Of a stretch of 64,000 bases of DNA, positions 29,431 through 45,310 are shown in pieces; position 1 is the first letter of the stretch, and the number at the start of each line of letters is the position of its first letter. This DNA comes from the human T2T-CHM13v2.0 reference genome, Homo sapiens. A program made the translations under genes and the position numbers. The DNA is taken from NCBI RefSeq assembly GCF_009914755.1, contig NC_060926.1; one strand, written 5' to 3'. The notes under the pieces are model-generated. The model ran no database searches. It worked only from the letters and a program-made list of their open reading frames with translations, and was not told the origin of the DNA.

Positions 29431-29799
29431 TTCAGATATGTGTATTATGATGAATTGACAGTGAAACATTTTTATGTTTTGATGGTGGGGCGGGGATGGA
29501 AGGAGAAGATCAGATAACCAGTACCTGAATGGGACACAAATGAAGTAGGGACGTTGGTCCTAAAGTCTGTCCTGCTTACTTTAAACTGGTGCATAAAAGC
29601 TCTGCTAGAGGCATATTAGGTTGTGTGTGGCTGGACATGTTTGCACCTCCTTGGGGATATGGCTACCAAAGTTTGATGGGGGCAGCAATCTTCAAAGGTA
29701 AGAAAGGGAAAAGAAAAACAGCCTATTTCATAATTTCATCAGGAGTCTCCTGGGTACATGAGGTTAGGTGCTGTAAGAATTGCAGACATGTATGGCTCC

Positions 29800-29920
29800 T
29801 GGCTAGTGGTATCTCACAGGTTGTGTGACCCTAGGAAAGCTACTTAACCTCTCTGAGCTTCAGAAGATTCATTTACACAGTGAGGATGATAGTTCCTACC
29901 TGGGAGATTGCATGAGCTAG
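29800..29920 (+). mobile_element. MIR fragment
   Basis: tgtgtgaccctaggaaagctacttaacctctctgagcttcag...gatgatagttcctacc. Confidence 0.75.
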
Positions 29921-30249
29921 GGCATGGAAAAGAAGCAACTAGAAAGCAGGGCGTAGAAGCAGCCCTTTGTGAATGGTCTCACAGAGATACATCCATTGCC
30001 TGGACACTTGACCCAGGATTGTAACAAATTCCATAGAGCAGAGGACAAGAAGGGGTAACATTTGGCCTGGTTGTTGCTTGGAAAGCATTTGCTTTTAAAT
30101 ATTCCTGCTTCCAGGAGGCTTTCTAAAGGTCAGCTCTTCATAGCTTATTAAGGAAGATGATTAAATCATCTGGCAGTTTAAGAAGAAGAAGCAGATGGAT
30201 ATAAGCAGCACTTTCCCCCACGATTAACATTTTCTTTTAAAAATCAAGC

Positions 30250-30580
30250 TGAGAGTAGGGGAGGGAAAGGGGAAGATGGTGAGAGGTTGATCAATAGGTC
30301 CAAAGTGACAGTTAGATAGGAAGAATACATTCTGGTGTTTATGGCACAGCAGGGTGACTAGGGCTAACAGTAAAATACTGTATATTACAAAATAGCTAGA
30401 AAGAGACTTTTAAATGTTCTCACCACAAAGAAATGATAAATGCATGAGGTAATGGATACACTAACTATCTTGACTGGATCATTATACAATGTGCATACAA
30501 ATCAAAACATCAAATTGTACCCCATAAATATGTACCACTACAATGTGGTCATTAAAAATAAATAAATAACTAAATAAACT
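30250..30580 (+). mobile_element. L1MA-type 3' end, 5'-truncated
   Basis: cagttagataggaagaata...caccacaaagaaatgataaat...ttgtaccccataaatatgtac followed by an A-rich tail. Confidence 0.85.
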
Positions 30581-31520
30581 TGAAGAATGAAGGTGAGATT
30601 GTTGGAGTCACTGTGTTATTCTCCGGAGGAGACCGTGGCAGTGGGCCGCAGCTCCAGTGGCTTGTTGCTTGTTTATACTCAGCTATTATCCTTGTTCCTG
30701 TCGCTACCAGTTACTGAAGAATCCATCATGCTGGTGACTCATGAGGGGGCTTCATTTCTGCTTCCCAAGGAGGAGTGGCAGGGGGCAGATAACTTCAGGA
30801 GGTGAGCAAATTGGATTGATTACCATCTGTATCCGGGGTGGCAGTTTTGGTCCTAATCCTGCTGGCAGGACTGCCTGGCTGTCTGATTCACTCAGCAGAG
30901 GCCTAGAGAGGACACTCCGGGTTAGGATTTCATGTGCTCACCCTGCGGTCTAGCAGCATTTCTGCATTGAATCAGCCTTCAGAAACCTGGGAGCATATTC
31001 ATAGCTAATAAAAACTCCACAGCCAAGGCTCTGGATTATGTGCTCTTCTCTATAATATGAGAGATAGGCAGGAATCCGTCTCTGTGTATCTATATGTGTG
31101 GTTTATGATATATGTTGAGATGTTAATTGACGCATTTTTTATTTTTTGTCCTCCCCTTCATGCAGATACCTGGCTGGGCACTTCCTTGATTCAGGAGAGC
31201 TACGTGATAGGGTAGAAGGTAGAAGTAGCCTGTTGGTCCTTTTGTCTCTGGTTTTTCAAAAGCTTAATTGCTCAGGAGAACCTATAGAGTTTGTTGAGGA
31301 GGTAGAAGAAAAGGAGATTTGATTTTGGAGGTAGGGCCAAGAGTCTCAGAGAAGCCAGAGAGATCAAAGGACTCTTTTTACTGATCCCTACCCCCATAGG
31401 CTGGGGAATGAGGGCAGAGAGAATAGTTGGAAGAGCAGAAAACTTACATACTCATCCTGATTTGTTCTGTGCATTTATTTATTTATTACTCCTGGGTTCC
31501 CACTTCCAGGTCTGTACTCA

Positions 31521-31873
<353 letters not shown>

Positions 31874-32439
31874 TATATATTACCTAGTTCTCCTGTTTCT
31901 GGTAGATAACAGTTTTGTGAAATATAGAAAGTCTCATATTGCCAAGGAAGAATACTCATTTTTTTTTTTTTTTAGAGGAACCAGGGGGTCTGTATATAGC
32001 ACTGAGCACTGCTGGGAATAGAACTAAAGACATGCTTTTAAAATAGAATTTTACTTTGAAGTAGAAGAAATAACAAGGTGTACAATGTTTCCTATGGACT
32101 CTGGCATTTCATTTTTATTACACTTTTATTGAATATTCAATAAAATAATATGACACCCATTCAAACAGTGTTCTTGTAACCTACTGCTATGAAGCTAATG
32201 AAGACAGATAGCAGATCTGTGCTATCAGCGCAAGTGGCATTAAACTAATTCTAGAACTTATATTTTTCCTGTATTGAGCATGTCCTAAATGTACAGCATT
32301 AATCACCTTGGTTCCCGATAATAACTTAGTAATTTCACTTGCATATTTCACTGTGTTACATAGTTCAGCACTTCTATTTGAGAATGTTTGTGAACTTGCA
32401 TTGGTGCTATTGCTGACTAGCAATGATAGTATTATACCC

Positions 32440-32760
32440 TTCATTCATTCCACAAACATGTATTGAGTAATTATTCATTGCAAGACACTGCATTAGGCCC
32501 TGGGGAGAGAGATGAGTAAAACCCACCACGTTCACTGTCCATGACAGTCTACCAGGCAAGACAGACTCAGTTCACTCCGCAAACATGATCCTTTTTCAGT
32601 TCTAGGGCCATGTTAGGCAGAAGTTGATAGTCATTCAGTTCAGGCTTGGGAGGTGGGGCAGGGAAGACTTACTAAAGAAGAGGAGTGGAGGTTATCTAGG
32701 GGAAAGGGAACAGGGGGAACAGCATTTGAACAAAAAATGTTCAAAGACAGGTACATGCCA
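32440..32760 (-). mobile_element. L2 3' fragment
   Basis: cattcattccacaaacatgtattgagt...gcattaggccctgggga. Confidence 0.6.
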
Positions 32761-33279
32761 ATTGGACATGACTATTTGACTCAGGGACATTTTCAGATTT
32801 CAAAGCACAAACTTAACTTTTGACTGATAAATGTGTGCGATAGGCAACTCCATTTTGGTATTAGCCTCACCCATGTTTGTAGACCAGATCCTTTCAATTA
32901 AATCATGCCCCTTCTACATAGAAGGAGTGAAAGTACTCTGAAAGAAAATAGAGGTGTATGCAAAAATGCAGAATTTAACATTTTTGCATGATAATTATTT
33001 TGTTCTGTCTCTCTGGAAAATTACAGTACTTGCCTCACCAACCGGTGCCTCTGGGGAAATCTAGCTTTAGAAGTCTGCACTCAGCCCTCCTCCCCTCTTG
33101 GTGGGTGTCCTGTTGGGCTGCTGGGGCTGGAAATCATTCTTGCTCTGTTGCCCTTGGTCCTCCACAAGCCTGAAGTACATTTTGACTTCCTGATATAACT
33201 TGTCCTTAGACTCTCAAGGTCCTAGGAGCAAGAATCATGTTAATAGAATATTTTAAATGTAACCAAGATGCCAAGTAGG

Positions 33280-33470
33280 ACTAACACGTGCATTGGATTT
33301 GGCATTTAGGAGGCTGGTGGTGAGCTTGACCCCAGCAGATTCAGAGAAGCCAGACAGGTGGGCTGAGGAATGAATGAGAGCTGAGGAGATGAAAATCATG
33401 AGTCGGGTCTTCTTGGTCAGGACTCGCCTTGATGTAGGGGAGTTGAAAGAAGGTGGATACAGAGTCCAGT
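33280..33470 (-). mobile_element. L2 fragment
   Basis: cattggatttggcatttaggaggctggtggtgagcttg is an L2-like antisense motif. Confidence 0.5.
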
Positions 33471-34439
33471 GAAAGTATAGGGAAAACAATTATAGATATT
33501 TTCATGCTACCTTTTGTACTTTTTTATGATCTTAAACCTGAAACTCAGTTAAAGAAATACAGTGTTACAGTTCAATTTACCCCCAAATATTCACTGCTTC
33601 TCAAACAGCAAAACTTTAACACACTCTACCTATCACTGACAACCAAAAAGAAAATGCAGTTTATTTTTTTTCTCCCAATCATTAACAGTAATACTTTGGA
33701 AAAATTGTCACTGTCAGCTTGCTGAAACAGGCTGTTGTTCTGCAAATGAGCACCATGTTATTACATGCATTCATACTTTTTGCTCACCGGCAGAGACCCT
33801 CCGATGCCTGTTTCCGCAGCGTGTCTGTCATCTCTCACGAGACCTTCACACATCAGTGGCACCGATTATCTCATGTCACAGCCCGTCGGTTGGCTTAGCT
33901 CCAGAAGAATGTGAAATTGCCTACCAAGCCTCCAAATGTGAATAGCTCCACATTGGCCTAATTGCACATGAGGTTCGCTTGCCTCATCTGTTCCCATTCA
34001 GCGGTTGCAACTCTCAACTGTTAGACAAAAACAGCTTCTAGAGCCTTGGCTTGAATATCCCAGTTGAGAGGGGTTTTTATCCTCCTCTCTCAATTCCGGG
34101 ATTGAGTTTCATGCAGGAAGTGCACCCTTTCTACTGCATCTGACCCTGCCTTTTCTTCCATTCTGTAATCTTTCCATCATCTCATGCTCTAAAATTGATC
34201 TAGACAATCTGGCAACTTGGCAAAATTATTTTGAGCACAGGTTTTTAACTGGGGTTTGGAGTAACAGGGTTTTTGAAAACTTTGGAAGTGCAGGCAGGAA
34301 TAATGCACAAACCCATGTCTATATCAGGCACTCCCTTGATGCTCACCCTGCTCTGCAGCATGCTTGTACCAGGATCCTTGATAATCCACTGGCTGTCAGT
34401 AGAGACAGTTGTGGGCAAAACTACCCCCTTTGAAGTGTT

Positions 34440-34680
34440 CATATTCTGTGAAGCATCTACTGTGTCAGGCACTGTGGTCAATGCAAAGATGAACCAAATG
34501 ATGGTTCTGTCCTCAATCCAGTGGGGAAAGTAGTAAGGCAGAGGGCTATATATTGTATCAGAGTTACATATCTTATAAAAAAGATTGGAGAACTGGGGAC
34601 ACAGTGGCATGAAAGAAGCTAATGAACTTAGAAGACGAGGGTAAGCATGGCCAGGGTAGGACAATGCTTTGTTTGGTCCA
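34440..34680 (-). mobile_element. L2 3' fragment
   Basis: gcatctactgtgtcaggcactgtg...aagatgaac...ccagtgggga. Confidence 0.6.
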
Positions 34681-34719
34681 GAGGCTTTGGGAGCAGCTGC
34701 TTCTTCATAGAACTTCAAT

Positions 34720-35520
<801 letters not shown>

Positions 35521-35656
35521 AGTGGGCTCTGAGGAAGAGGGTGACTCACCTGATGGAAAGATGCTTGGGTCTTGAGCTATCTGCTTCTTAGGGATCATGG
35601 GGGCTCGGGAGAGCCTTTCCCCTTGTCATTAAATTCTTTATAAAAACATTATTTTT

Positions 35657-36200
35657 ATACCATTTGACTCAGCAATCCCATTACTGGGTATATATCCAAA
35701 GGAATATAAATCATTTTATTATAAAGACACATGCATGCACATGTTCATTGCAGCACTATTCACAATAGCAAAGACACAGAATCAACCCAAATGCTCATCA
35801 GTGACAGACTGGACACAGAAAATGTGGTACATATGCACCATGGAATGCTATGCAGCCATAAAAAGAATGAGATCATGTCCTTTGCAGGGACATGAATGGG
35901 GCTGGAGGCCATTATTTTCAGCAAACTAAAGCAAGAACAGAAAACCAAATACCACATGTTCTCACTTATAAGTGGGAGCTAAATGATGAGACCACACGGA
36001 CACATAGAGGTGAACAACACACACTGGGGCCTATCAGAGAGTGAAAGGCGGGAGGAGGGAGAGGATCAGGAAAAATAACTAATGGGTACTAGGTTTAATA
36101 CCTGGGTGATGAAATAATCTGTACAACAAACCCCCATGACACAAATCTATTTATGTAACGAACATGTTGCACATGTACCCCTGAACTTAAAAGTTTTTTT
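35657..36200 (+). mobile_element. Older L1PA (PA11-16 range) 3' end, 5'-truncated
   Basis: ORF2 tail (MFIAALFTIAK) plus 3' UTR aggatcaggaaaaataactaatgggtac. Degenerate TSD aacattattttta / aacatgattttta. Confidence 0.88.
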
Positions 36201-36904
36201 TAACATGATTTTTAGAGGTGGCACAATATTGTACCTACATACGTATAGAGTAATTTATTTGTTGTGTTATATCCTCATCTGGATTATTATTTTCATTTTC
36301 TCACTCTCATAAATATTTTTATGGTAAGCGTACTTTTAGATAAAGTGTGAACATCCTTGCCTATTTACTTTAAAATTCTTAAATGTAAAATGATGGGACA
36401 CAGAGATTTATTTTTGGCTGAGATGGGGTAAGCCAAGAAGAGGTGTGGTTCCCAAACAATTCTGAAGGTATAGTCTATTTCTGTTTTTTTTTATGTTTTT
36501 TATTTTTAGAATAAGACTGAAAATCAAAGTTTCTTGGTTAAGATAAACAATTTCTGTGCTCTTCCTCCTGCCCCAACACTGGCCTAATTGCCCATGGACA
36601 ACTTTAAATGTCACATGTGTTTTAATCTTTATACTTAAATCAACTGATGTAATACACAGCCATTTCCCACATGTTTATGAACACAGACATTAAAATTGTT
36701 AGACAGGGATTTCATCATTGGTTTCACAGTTCTTTAGGTTTTTCCTCATGCCTGTCACCATGCTTTGTCATGATCAACTAAGTCATCTTTCCCCACCTTG
36801 CCATTTGGTACAGACATTGCTGAGTGAGCAGAGAAGAAAGATGTCAATGTGGCTGGAACCCTGCAAATATGCAGAAATAAAGTGAGATTCAAAGAGTGAC
36901 TAAT

Positions 36905-37223
36905 GGCCTGGCACGGTGGCTCACGCCTGTAATCCCAGCACTTTGGGAGGCCGAAGTGGGTAGATCAACTGAGGTCAGGAGTTCAAGACCAGCCTAGCCA
37001 AGATGGTGAAACCTTGTTTCTACTAAAAAATACGAAATTAGCTGGGCATCATGGCGTGCACCTGTAATCCCAGCTACTCGGGAGGCTGAGGCAGGAGACT
37101 CGCTTCAAGCTGGGAGGTGGAGGTTGCAGTGAGCCGAGATTGCGCCCCTGTACTCCAGCCTGCCTGGTGACAGAGCGAGACTCTGACTCAAAAAAAAAAA
37201 AAAAAAAAAAGAAAGAAAGAAAA
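36905..37223 (+). mobile_element. AluSx-like
   Basis: Full dimer with poly(A). 15-bp TSD caaagagtgactaat at 36890-36904 and 37224-37238. Confidence 0.95.
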
Positions 37224-37612
37224 CAAAGAGTGACTAATATGACAGCAGACCTTTTATTTTTTTTTTTGGAAGTAGAAACACTAGCACTTCCACGTCCAGG
37301 TAAATCTGGTATCTTCAGGGAGGTTCTTCAGTGGCTCCAGACACAGGAGAGTGAAGCTGCTGTGACATTTTGGGAGGGCCTCGATGGCCTTTCATACCTG
37401 TAGCCACATTTTCTTGATACTCTTCACTGGCAGCAGATCTTTATTCTTTGAGGATGTATTTGCTTATTGACAAATGCCATTTGTCGTTATGATGCCAGTT
37501 TGAAGTTGTTCCAGGTCAAAACAAACCATGACTTCTTTAAGGCAAAGACACCACTTTTTTCCTACAGCCTTCTGGAAAAGGTAAGTAATAAACATCTATT
37601 CAACGGCATTAG

Positions 37613-38046
<434 letters not shown>

Positions 38047-38410
38047 TAGAAAAATCCAGAGGAAATGATGTCTGGACATTGGGAGAATCTGGGTATGCTT
38101 AACAAAAGCTTTGAATGTTATTTCCAGTTTCAGAGCATTGTCTAAGTAAAATGCCTAAAGTTAAACTTTCTCAAGTATCACAGGAACCAAGGCACCCTTG
38201 AGAGGAAGAATTCGTGAGGAAAGAAGGATGCTCTCCAAGGGTGAGAAACCTAAGCTTGGGTTGAGCAAGGCTCTTCATGAGGGCACATTCCATCTTCCTG
38301 ACGAGTCAGACAAGCAACTGCTTCATTGCACTGTTGCTTAAAAGAGTTGGTTGCATTCTTAAGCCAATTCTGGGGCATTAGTCCCAGTCTTGATGACCTC
38401 ATGGTTTACA

Positions 38411-38713
<303 letters not shown>

Positions 38714-39399
38714 TAAGGGTCAAAAATGGTAATGCAGTGGCATGTTTTCAGTAGAAAACAAGTTTTAAAAGGTATTCTATCTGCATTATTATTAGAAAGG
38801 TACGAGTTATCTCACATCATGAAGGGTGTCATATAGTCTGGGAAACAGACTACTAGACTGTGAAAAGTCCACTTGAGTCCTAGAAAAGGTGCTAACAACT
38901 TATGGAGATCATATCAAATGTGGTTTAAGAGATGGAAGTTGATGGAACAGCAGCAGATGTTATGCAGAAAACTTTTCTCAGAGACCTGAAATCCATTCCC
39001 CAAGCCTCAGCCTTCTCTGGACCGCTCATTCCAGCCTGGCTGTCCTTGGCACCTGGATTTAAGGTTGAGGCTTGGGGATGGGGTGAGGGAGACTATTCTG
39101 TTTTGCTTTTGGGGCCCTGGGCCTGTTTTGTGACCTCTCGGTGTGTTTGCCTACATGGCACACTCTAGGACAGATTAAACTGCAGGAGATTTATGGTGCA
39201 GGGAAGAGCATAATAAAAGTGGGAACTACTCATTCATAACGCAAACGTACAATGAGTCCTTATTATAAAGCATAGCACTAAAAGCTGGTACTGCAGATGG
39301 GAGCAGTAAGCAGGCAAGAAAATCAATGTAGATAAAAGAGCAGCTATTTAGAATAGAGGGTGCAGGTTGGGCCAAAAACAAAAATAGAATAGGAGAAAT

Positions 39400-40095
39400 T
39401 CTCTCAAATCTTCTATCTCCCCACTATTGCCACCCCCTAGTCTAAGCCATTGTCATCTTCTGCTTGGAGTGTGAGCCCTCCACTGATCTGCTAACAGACG
39501 CTTTGGCCCCCTTCCAATCTGTTCTCCTCCTTGCACTCATCTTTAAAAAACCCAGGCTGATCATAACACCTCTCTGCGTGAAACCCTTTCATGGCTTCCC
39601 ATTGTGAGATACAGACAAAACTCTTAAGCTCATGTTCAAGTCCTGCTGAGCCAGGTTCTTGTCCCCTTTCCACCTCATTTGCACCATGTTCTTCCTCCTG
39701 AGTTGTGTCTCAGCTACGAGCTTATCCTCCTTTTGTCCCTTGTGGTCACCACGCTCCTTCCAGAGACAGAGAATCCGCAACTGTAATTACTTCTGCCTGG
39801 ATCACTCATCACATATTCGGTTTCTACACTTCCAGAGTAAATGACCACTTCCTCTCAAGGTGCCTCCTTGCCTCCTTGTTTAGATCCATTCCCCAGTGAT
39901 GGGTCTGCCATACCTCACCTTTGAGGCAGTTTGACATGTTGGACTGTGATATTTGCTTATGATTCTCTCTCTCACTAAAATGTAAATTCCCTGATGGGAG
40001 GGGACCTCATCTGATTTGAGTCTCTGTGGTGTTCTCAGCACCTGAAACACAGTAGCCTCTCAAAAACATATGTAGAAAAACAAATAAAGCAAATA
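39400..40095 (+). mobile_element. L2 3' region
   Basis: tagtctaagccattgtcatc...atggcttcccattg...ctaaaatgtaaattccctga...ctcagcacctg...cacagtag. Confidence 0.75.
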
Positions 40096-42564
40096 ATGAG
40101 AAATAAGGAAATGCCACTCTAAGACTGCCCAGAGAAATCTTCTCAAAGGCACTGTACTGACAGGACATTGGGAGAGTTTACAAAATAACTTACCTGTGTC
40201 TGCTTTTCTGTTCTAGGTGAGCAGAAATTCTATTTTTTTAACTACAACTCTCTAAAAGATATCAGAAGTCACTGCTAATCTGGGGCTTTCTAAATCTCTT
40301 TTATTAAAACAGCTTGAAATTCTGGGCAGAAAAACAGTATTTTTTTCTATGAAAGCAAATAATCTTATTTAGATGTTATTCAATTTGGTCTGTAAACCAA
40401 GGAATATGCCCATAGTCTATTACACTAACTCAGGAAATCGTTGGTGGTCTTTTGTCTCCCAAGCTGTTTTTTTTTTATTTTTATTTGGCCTTATAGATGT
40501 GACTGTGGAAGACAATATGGCAATACAGCATAAAATCTATGTACTGCAAGCAGATTTAGCTGTTTTCTCACCAAATGTTGTTATGTTCATTAAGACACAG
40601 CTATCATCAAAACAAAACAAAATAGTTATTCAAGAAGCAGGTTTGAAATACAATCTAGTATTACATTTCTGATAACAAGAATAAATCACAGCTCTGATGA
40701 GTTCCATAAATAGATTTTGACTTCCTTTGTGATTTTTGAATGACATCCTTAAGTTATTGCTTACATGTGATTTATTTAAAGAGATTGCTACTAATGTATT
40801 AAAGACTCCAAGTTTGAGAATGTTTAATCATCTCCCATATCATCCATCACCAAGACAGAATGTTGTGGGAGGGCACATACTGGCTTCCAATCGACCTTCT
40901 GAAGGGCTGGAGAAGATGGTGTTTGCTCAGTTCCGTAAGCATCAGCTGTTACCATCAAATGGCAAGCATCGTGCTAGACAAAAAGAGGTATAAGCAAGAA
41001 TGGTAGAAAGATCATGACTTGAAGTCACTTCTTAAGAATTATCTCACAGACCTGAACTTTGCTTTATTCTCAACGTTGCAGATTAGATTACACCAAGTTG
41101 GTACCCGAGGACTGATGGCCTAAAGCGTGTGAAAGCGTCCAGCACAGTCCCTGGCACCTCACAGTAATACAAGTGGACCATAAGTGTTGAGAACGTGAAT
41201 TTGTGCCAATTTCCCCAAAGTTTATTTTAGGGAGTTTTCTACTTAGAAAATCATATTAAAGGCCGTTTCTCTTATAAGTCAATTTCTCTAAAAATGAAAA
41301 CTTGCAAATTCATATCTTTTTCAGGGCTTTACTTCCAAAGAATTATGATTTGCTCTGATGAGGGAGATCTTAAACATACAAAACTAATTGCAGACCGGAT
41401 TTCGCAGTATTCACTGAGGTCCAAAGTTTTAAATCATTTTCATAAATTATAGTGGAATGAAGGAAGGGAAATGATGTGATAGCAGAGATGGTTATTTTTG
41501 TGACTTCTTATAAGAAAAGTGTTTTATTCTTCACAATTACTCATCTTTTGGGAGCAGGACCAATCCTTTATATGGGAAAGACAACCAATTATGGTGTCTG
41601 ATTGGAAGGGCACAGAAAGGTCTCTTTTCTACCCCAATCAAGAAATAGCCTTCTGATTGGTCTGCCACTGTCTCTGACATTACAATTATGATGGCTTGGT
41701 CTAAAGACAAAAATCCACTCTAAAAATGCAAGTACACTCTCCAGCAAAGGTAATATTTTATATATGTACTAGATATTAATGTTTTTAAAAACACTCAAAA
41801 CTCTAAATTTGCTGATCCATTAACTTGTCCTTGAGGAAATGGGTACCAGAGAAGGTTCCAGTCCCTATAATATATTCAGTCACAACTGGATGACCACATG
41901 TTAGTGATATTACAAAGATGGCTGTCACGCTGACCAAAGCATCACCTGGGATTCCATCAACACTGGTCTGGGCACTCCCTGAGGGCAGGGGCTGTGTTTT
42001 CCTCCTGGAGTGCCCAGAATGTGGGACTCTGTAGTCTTTTCTTTTTTTTTTCTTTCTGTTTTTGCTTTTTCATAAAGACACTAATCCCTTTGTCCTTTTT
42101 ACTGAAGTGAGAATACACCTAATAGATTTAGTTGGCTTGTGCTATTATTTTTCTTTTTAAAAACATCTACTGCTTTTATTCAAACTTGTCTGTATGAGTA
42201 CATACGATCTCCTATTCTTTGCCATGCTACACTTCTATGCGTCAGACAAATTATAAAAAAATCGAAGTCACAAAATGAGATATGGTTAGAAAAGCTTGAC
42301 AATGCTGTTATATTATTTGATACATACTTTGAAGTATAGAGTATGAACAGTGTGCCATCTATGCTGTTAGTTAACACCTGAAGAAATCTTATTGGAAACT
42401 CACTCTCCAAAGTTGACTCCTGCACATGCTTCAAAATATTGTTTTTCTACCTTCCCCAGAGAGTTTCATTTGCCTGGGGAGGGCCAGAAGTAATTTTTCA
42501 CTGGGGAAATGATTTGTGTTCCAGGAATGAGATTAGACAGTAACTATAAGAATCAGCCAAACCC

Positions 42565-43360
42565 AAGAAGACATTTATGCAGCCAACAAACATATGAAAA
42601 AAAGCTCATCATCACTGGTCATTAGAGAAATGCAAACCAAAACCACAATGAGATACTATCTCACGCCAATCAGAATGGCGATTATTAAAAAGTCAGGAAA
42701 CAACAGATACTGGAGAGAATGTGGAGAAATAGGAACGCTTTTACACTGTTGGTAGGAGTGTAAATTAGTTCAACAATTGTGGAAGACAGTGTGGCAATTC
42801 CTCAAGGATCTAGAACCAGAAATACCATTTGACCCAGCAATCCCATTACTGGGTATATATCCAAAGCATTATAAATCATTGTACTGTAAAGACATATGCA
42901 CACGTATGTTTATTGCAAAGACTTGGAACCAACCCAAACGCACATCAGTGATAGACTGGATAAAGAAAATGTGGCACATATACACCATGGAATACTATGC
43001 AGCCACAAAAAAGGATGAGTTCATGTCTTTCGCAGGGACACGGATGAAGCTGGAAACCATCATTCTCAGCAAACTAACACAGGAACAGAAAACCAAACAC
43101 CACATGTTCTCACTCATAAGTGGGAGTTGAACAATGAGAACACATGGACACAGGGAGGGGAACATCGTACACCGGGGCCCGTTGGGTGTGGGGGATAAGG
43201 AAAGGGAGAGCATTAGGACAAATACCTAATGCATGTGGGGCTTAAAACCTAGATGATGGGTTGATAGGTGCAGCAAACCACAATGGCACGTGTATACCTA
43301 TGTAAAAAACCTGTGCATTCTACACATGTATCCCAGAACTTAAAAAAAAAAAAAAAAAAA
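42565..43360 (+). mobile_element. L1PA7/8-like 3' end, 5'-truncated
   Basis: ORF2 C-terminus (ORF 42777..43130), 3' UTR and poly(A). 17-bp TSD aagaatcagccaaaccc at 42548-42564 and 43361-43377. Confidence 0.95.
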
Positions 43361-43377
43361 AAGAATCAGCCAAACCC

Positions 43378-43895
43378 TGTAACACATCTCTTGTCAGAGT
43401 CCTGAATTAAAAGACCACCTAAATGGAAGGAAAAAAAGCAAGGCTTTACTCCCTGATAGCAGGGGGTGTCTGAAAGGGAAACTGCCCTGTTTTCAGGCAG
43501 GTAGCAGAGGCTTTATACATTATAGGCTCAAAAGTTAATCAGGAAAAAAAAAAAAGAAGACAACAAGAATGTGATGTATGGGGCAAGGTAAATTCTCAGT
43601 TCTTAGAAGTTGATTGTCTACAAATAAGAAAATTTGGGAAATTACACTCTGTGGGTTCAAGGTTAGCAAGAAAATTGGGCATTTAAGGGAGTCCGGGAGA
43701 GCGCATTTTGTGATTTTGGGTTTAGCAAGAAACACTTAGGTTAGGGTCTTACAAATCTTGGTAGTGGTAGTGGTTGTAGTAGGAACTGCAAATTTAGGTC
43801 TTATCCCTTTGCATACCTGTGCCATGGTGTTTCAGGTCTGGATTCAGCTTGGTCTTGTGCCCTCTTCCTCCCCTAAATCTGTTACCTGATCTGAC
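43378..43895. mobile_element. Probable old ERV solo LTR, family uncertain
   Basis: Starts TGT and ends ...ctgaca, with LTR-like composition (gaccacc...aaggctttact). Recognised by resemblance only. Confidence 0.35.
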
Positions 43896-44279
43896 AAAAG
43901 GACTAGCAGATACTGCTTTCGGAGCATTGTTGAGCTGGCCTGGGAGTTTCACTTTTCATTCCAGGGGCTTGATGGTTTGTGTTAGGAGAGAAGCTGGGGC
44001 ACCTTAGACTTATCAAAACAAGTGGTGGGACTGATCTTGTGTTTGCCGTATTTGTACGAGTGGCAGAATTCTATCTGAAACTTATAAAAATTATAGCAAA
44101 GCATCTGGTGGCAATACATCTGCAGGAGCAGATCTATTGCTAATCACTGGAGGCTCCCTGTGTTTAACAAACAACTTACACATGGGCTTAGGTCAGTTCA
44201 CAACCAGTCTGGACAGAGAAAGGAAGCGAAGAGATACAGGGTATAGCTGGGGCTGACACCATACTTGGACTATTGGGGT

Positions 44280-44445
44280 CTTCATAATAACCCTACAAGA
44301 TAAGAATTACAACCCCATTTTGTAGGTGAGGAAATCCGGACAAAGAGGTTAAGTGATTTTCCGAGGGTCAGAACCAAAGTTAAAATCTGAAATGAGTTCT
44401 GTTTAACAGTCTTTTATTCCAAAGCCTAAACACTTTCCACCAGGA
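44280..44445 (-). mobile_element. MIR
   Basis: aaccctacaagataag...ccccattttgtaggtgaggaaat...agaggttaagtgattttccgagggtca. Confidence 0.8.
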
Positions 44446-45179
44446 ACATGTTCCCTCTCATTTTACAGAAGAAGGGATGTTTGTGATTTCATCTTATAGA
44501 ATAATAGTATATGGAGAAGAGCATTTTAATTTAGCATTCATCCTTATTTTTCTAATATTTGCTCACAATGTAAATGACACTATGAAAAATAAAGTTATAG
44601 TTAATTTCATGTTTGTCAGCTTGTGGAGATTTCCAGATGTGGTTAAAAAGAAAATGTATTATTTGGCTATTTATGGTTTAAAATTTAAGCTCTTGGGGCA
44701 ATCTGAATTGTTTGGGGTTTACAAAGCCCTTGCTTCTTTCTTGCTCATTTCCACTGGGTTTGAAATTGAGATTATCCAGAGCAGCAATAGCCTTGAAGTA
44801 TATTTTGTATTCCATCAAGAAACACAACATGTCCTTTCAAAACTTAATTGAGCAGCACAAAGCTAATTAGCTGTCCGAAGACACGCCATTTAATTCACAA
44901 TCCAGCATTAATTTGTTCAACACAATGAGCTTATCTTCCATATAAATGCCTTTGCCCTATGGCTTCTCAAGCAGCTGCAATATACAAGAATGACTGATAA
45001 CTTTTTCATTTAATGTGGTTGTTGCTTTTTATTCCCTCTTTCTTCATTTGGCCCAAAGAAGGATGAATAGCATGTCAGTGGTAATGAAAGTTGTTTTTTG
45101 TGTGTGTGTGGCAAATTGACAGAAAATAGATGGCTATAAGATCATAGCATATAGTTGTCAGAGAACTGCCAAACTGTTA

Positions 45180-45310
45180 GGGAATGCAGAGATTGTCTAA
45201 TCCCAGTCCTACATTTCATAAGCTAAAAAACCGATGCTCAAGAAGTTCTGAGTGTTGTCCAAAGTCACTTAATAGGGTGTGACATAGATACAGTCCATAC
45301 GTTTTTTCAG
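45180..45310 (-). mobile_element. MIR fragment
   Basis: gatgctcaagaagttctgagtgttgtccaaagtcac. Confidence 0.5.
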
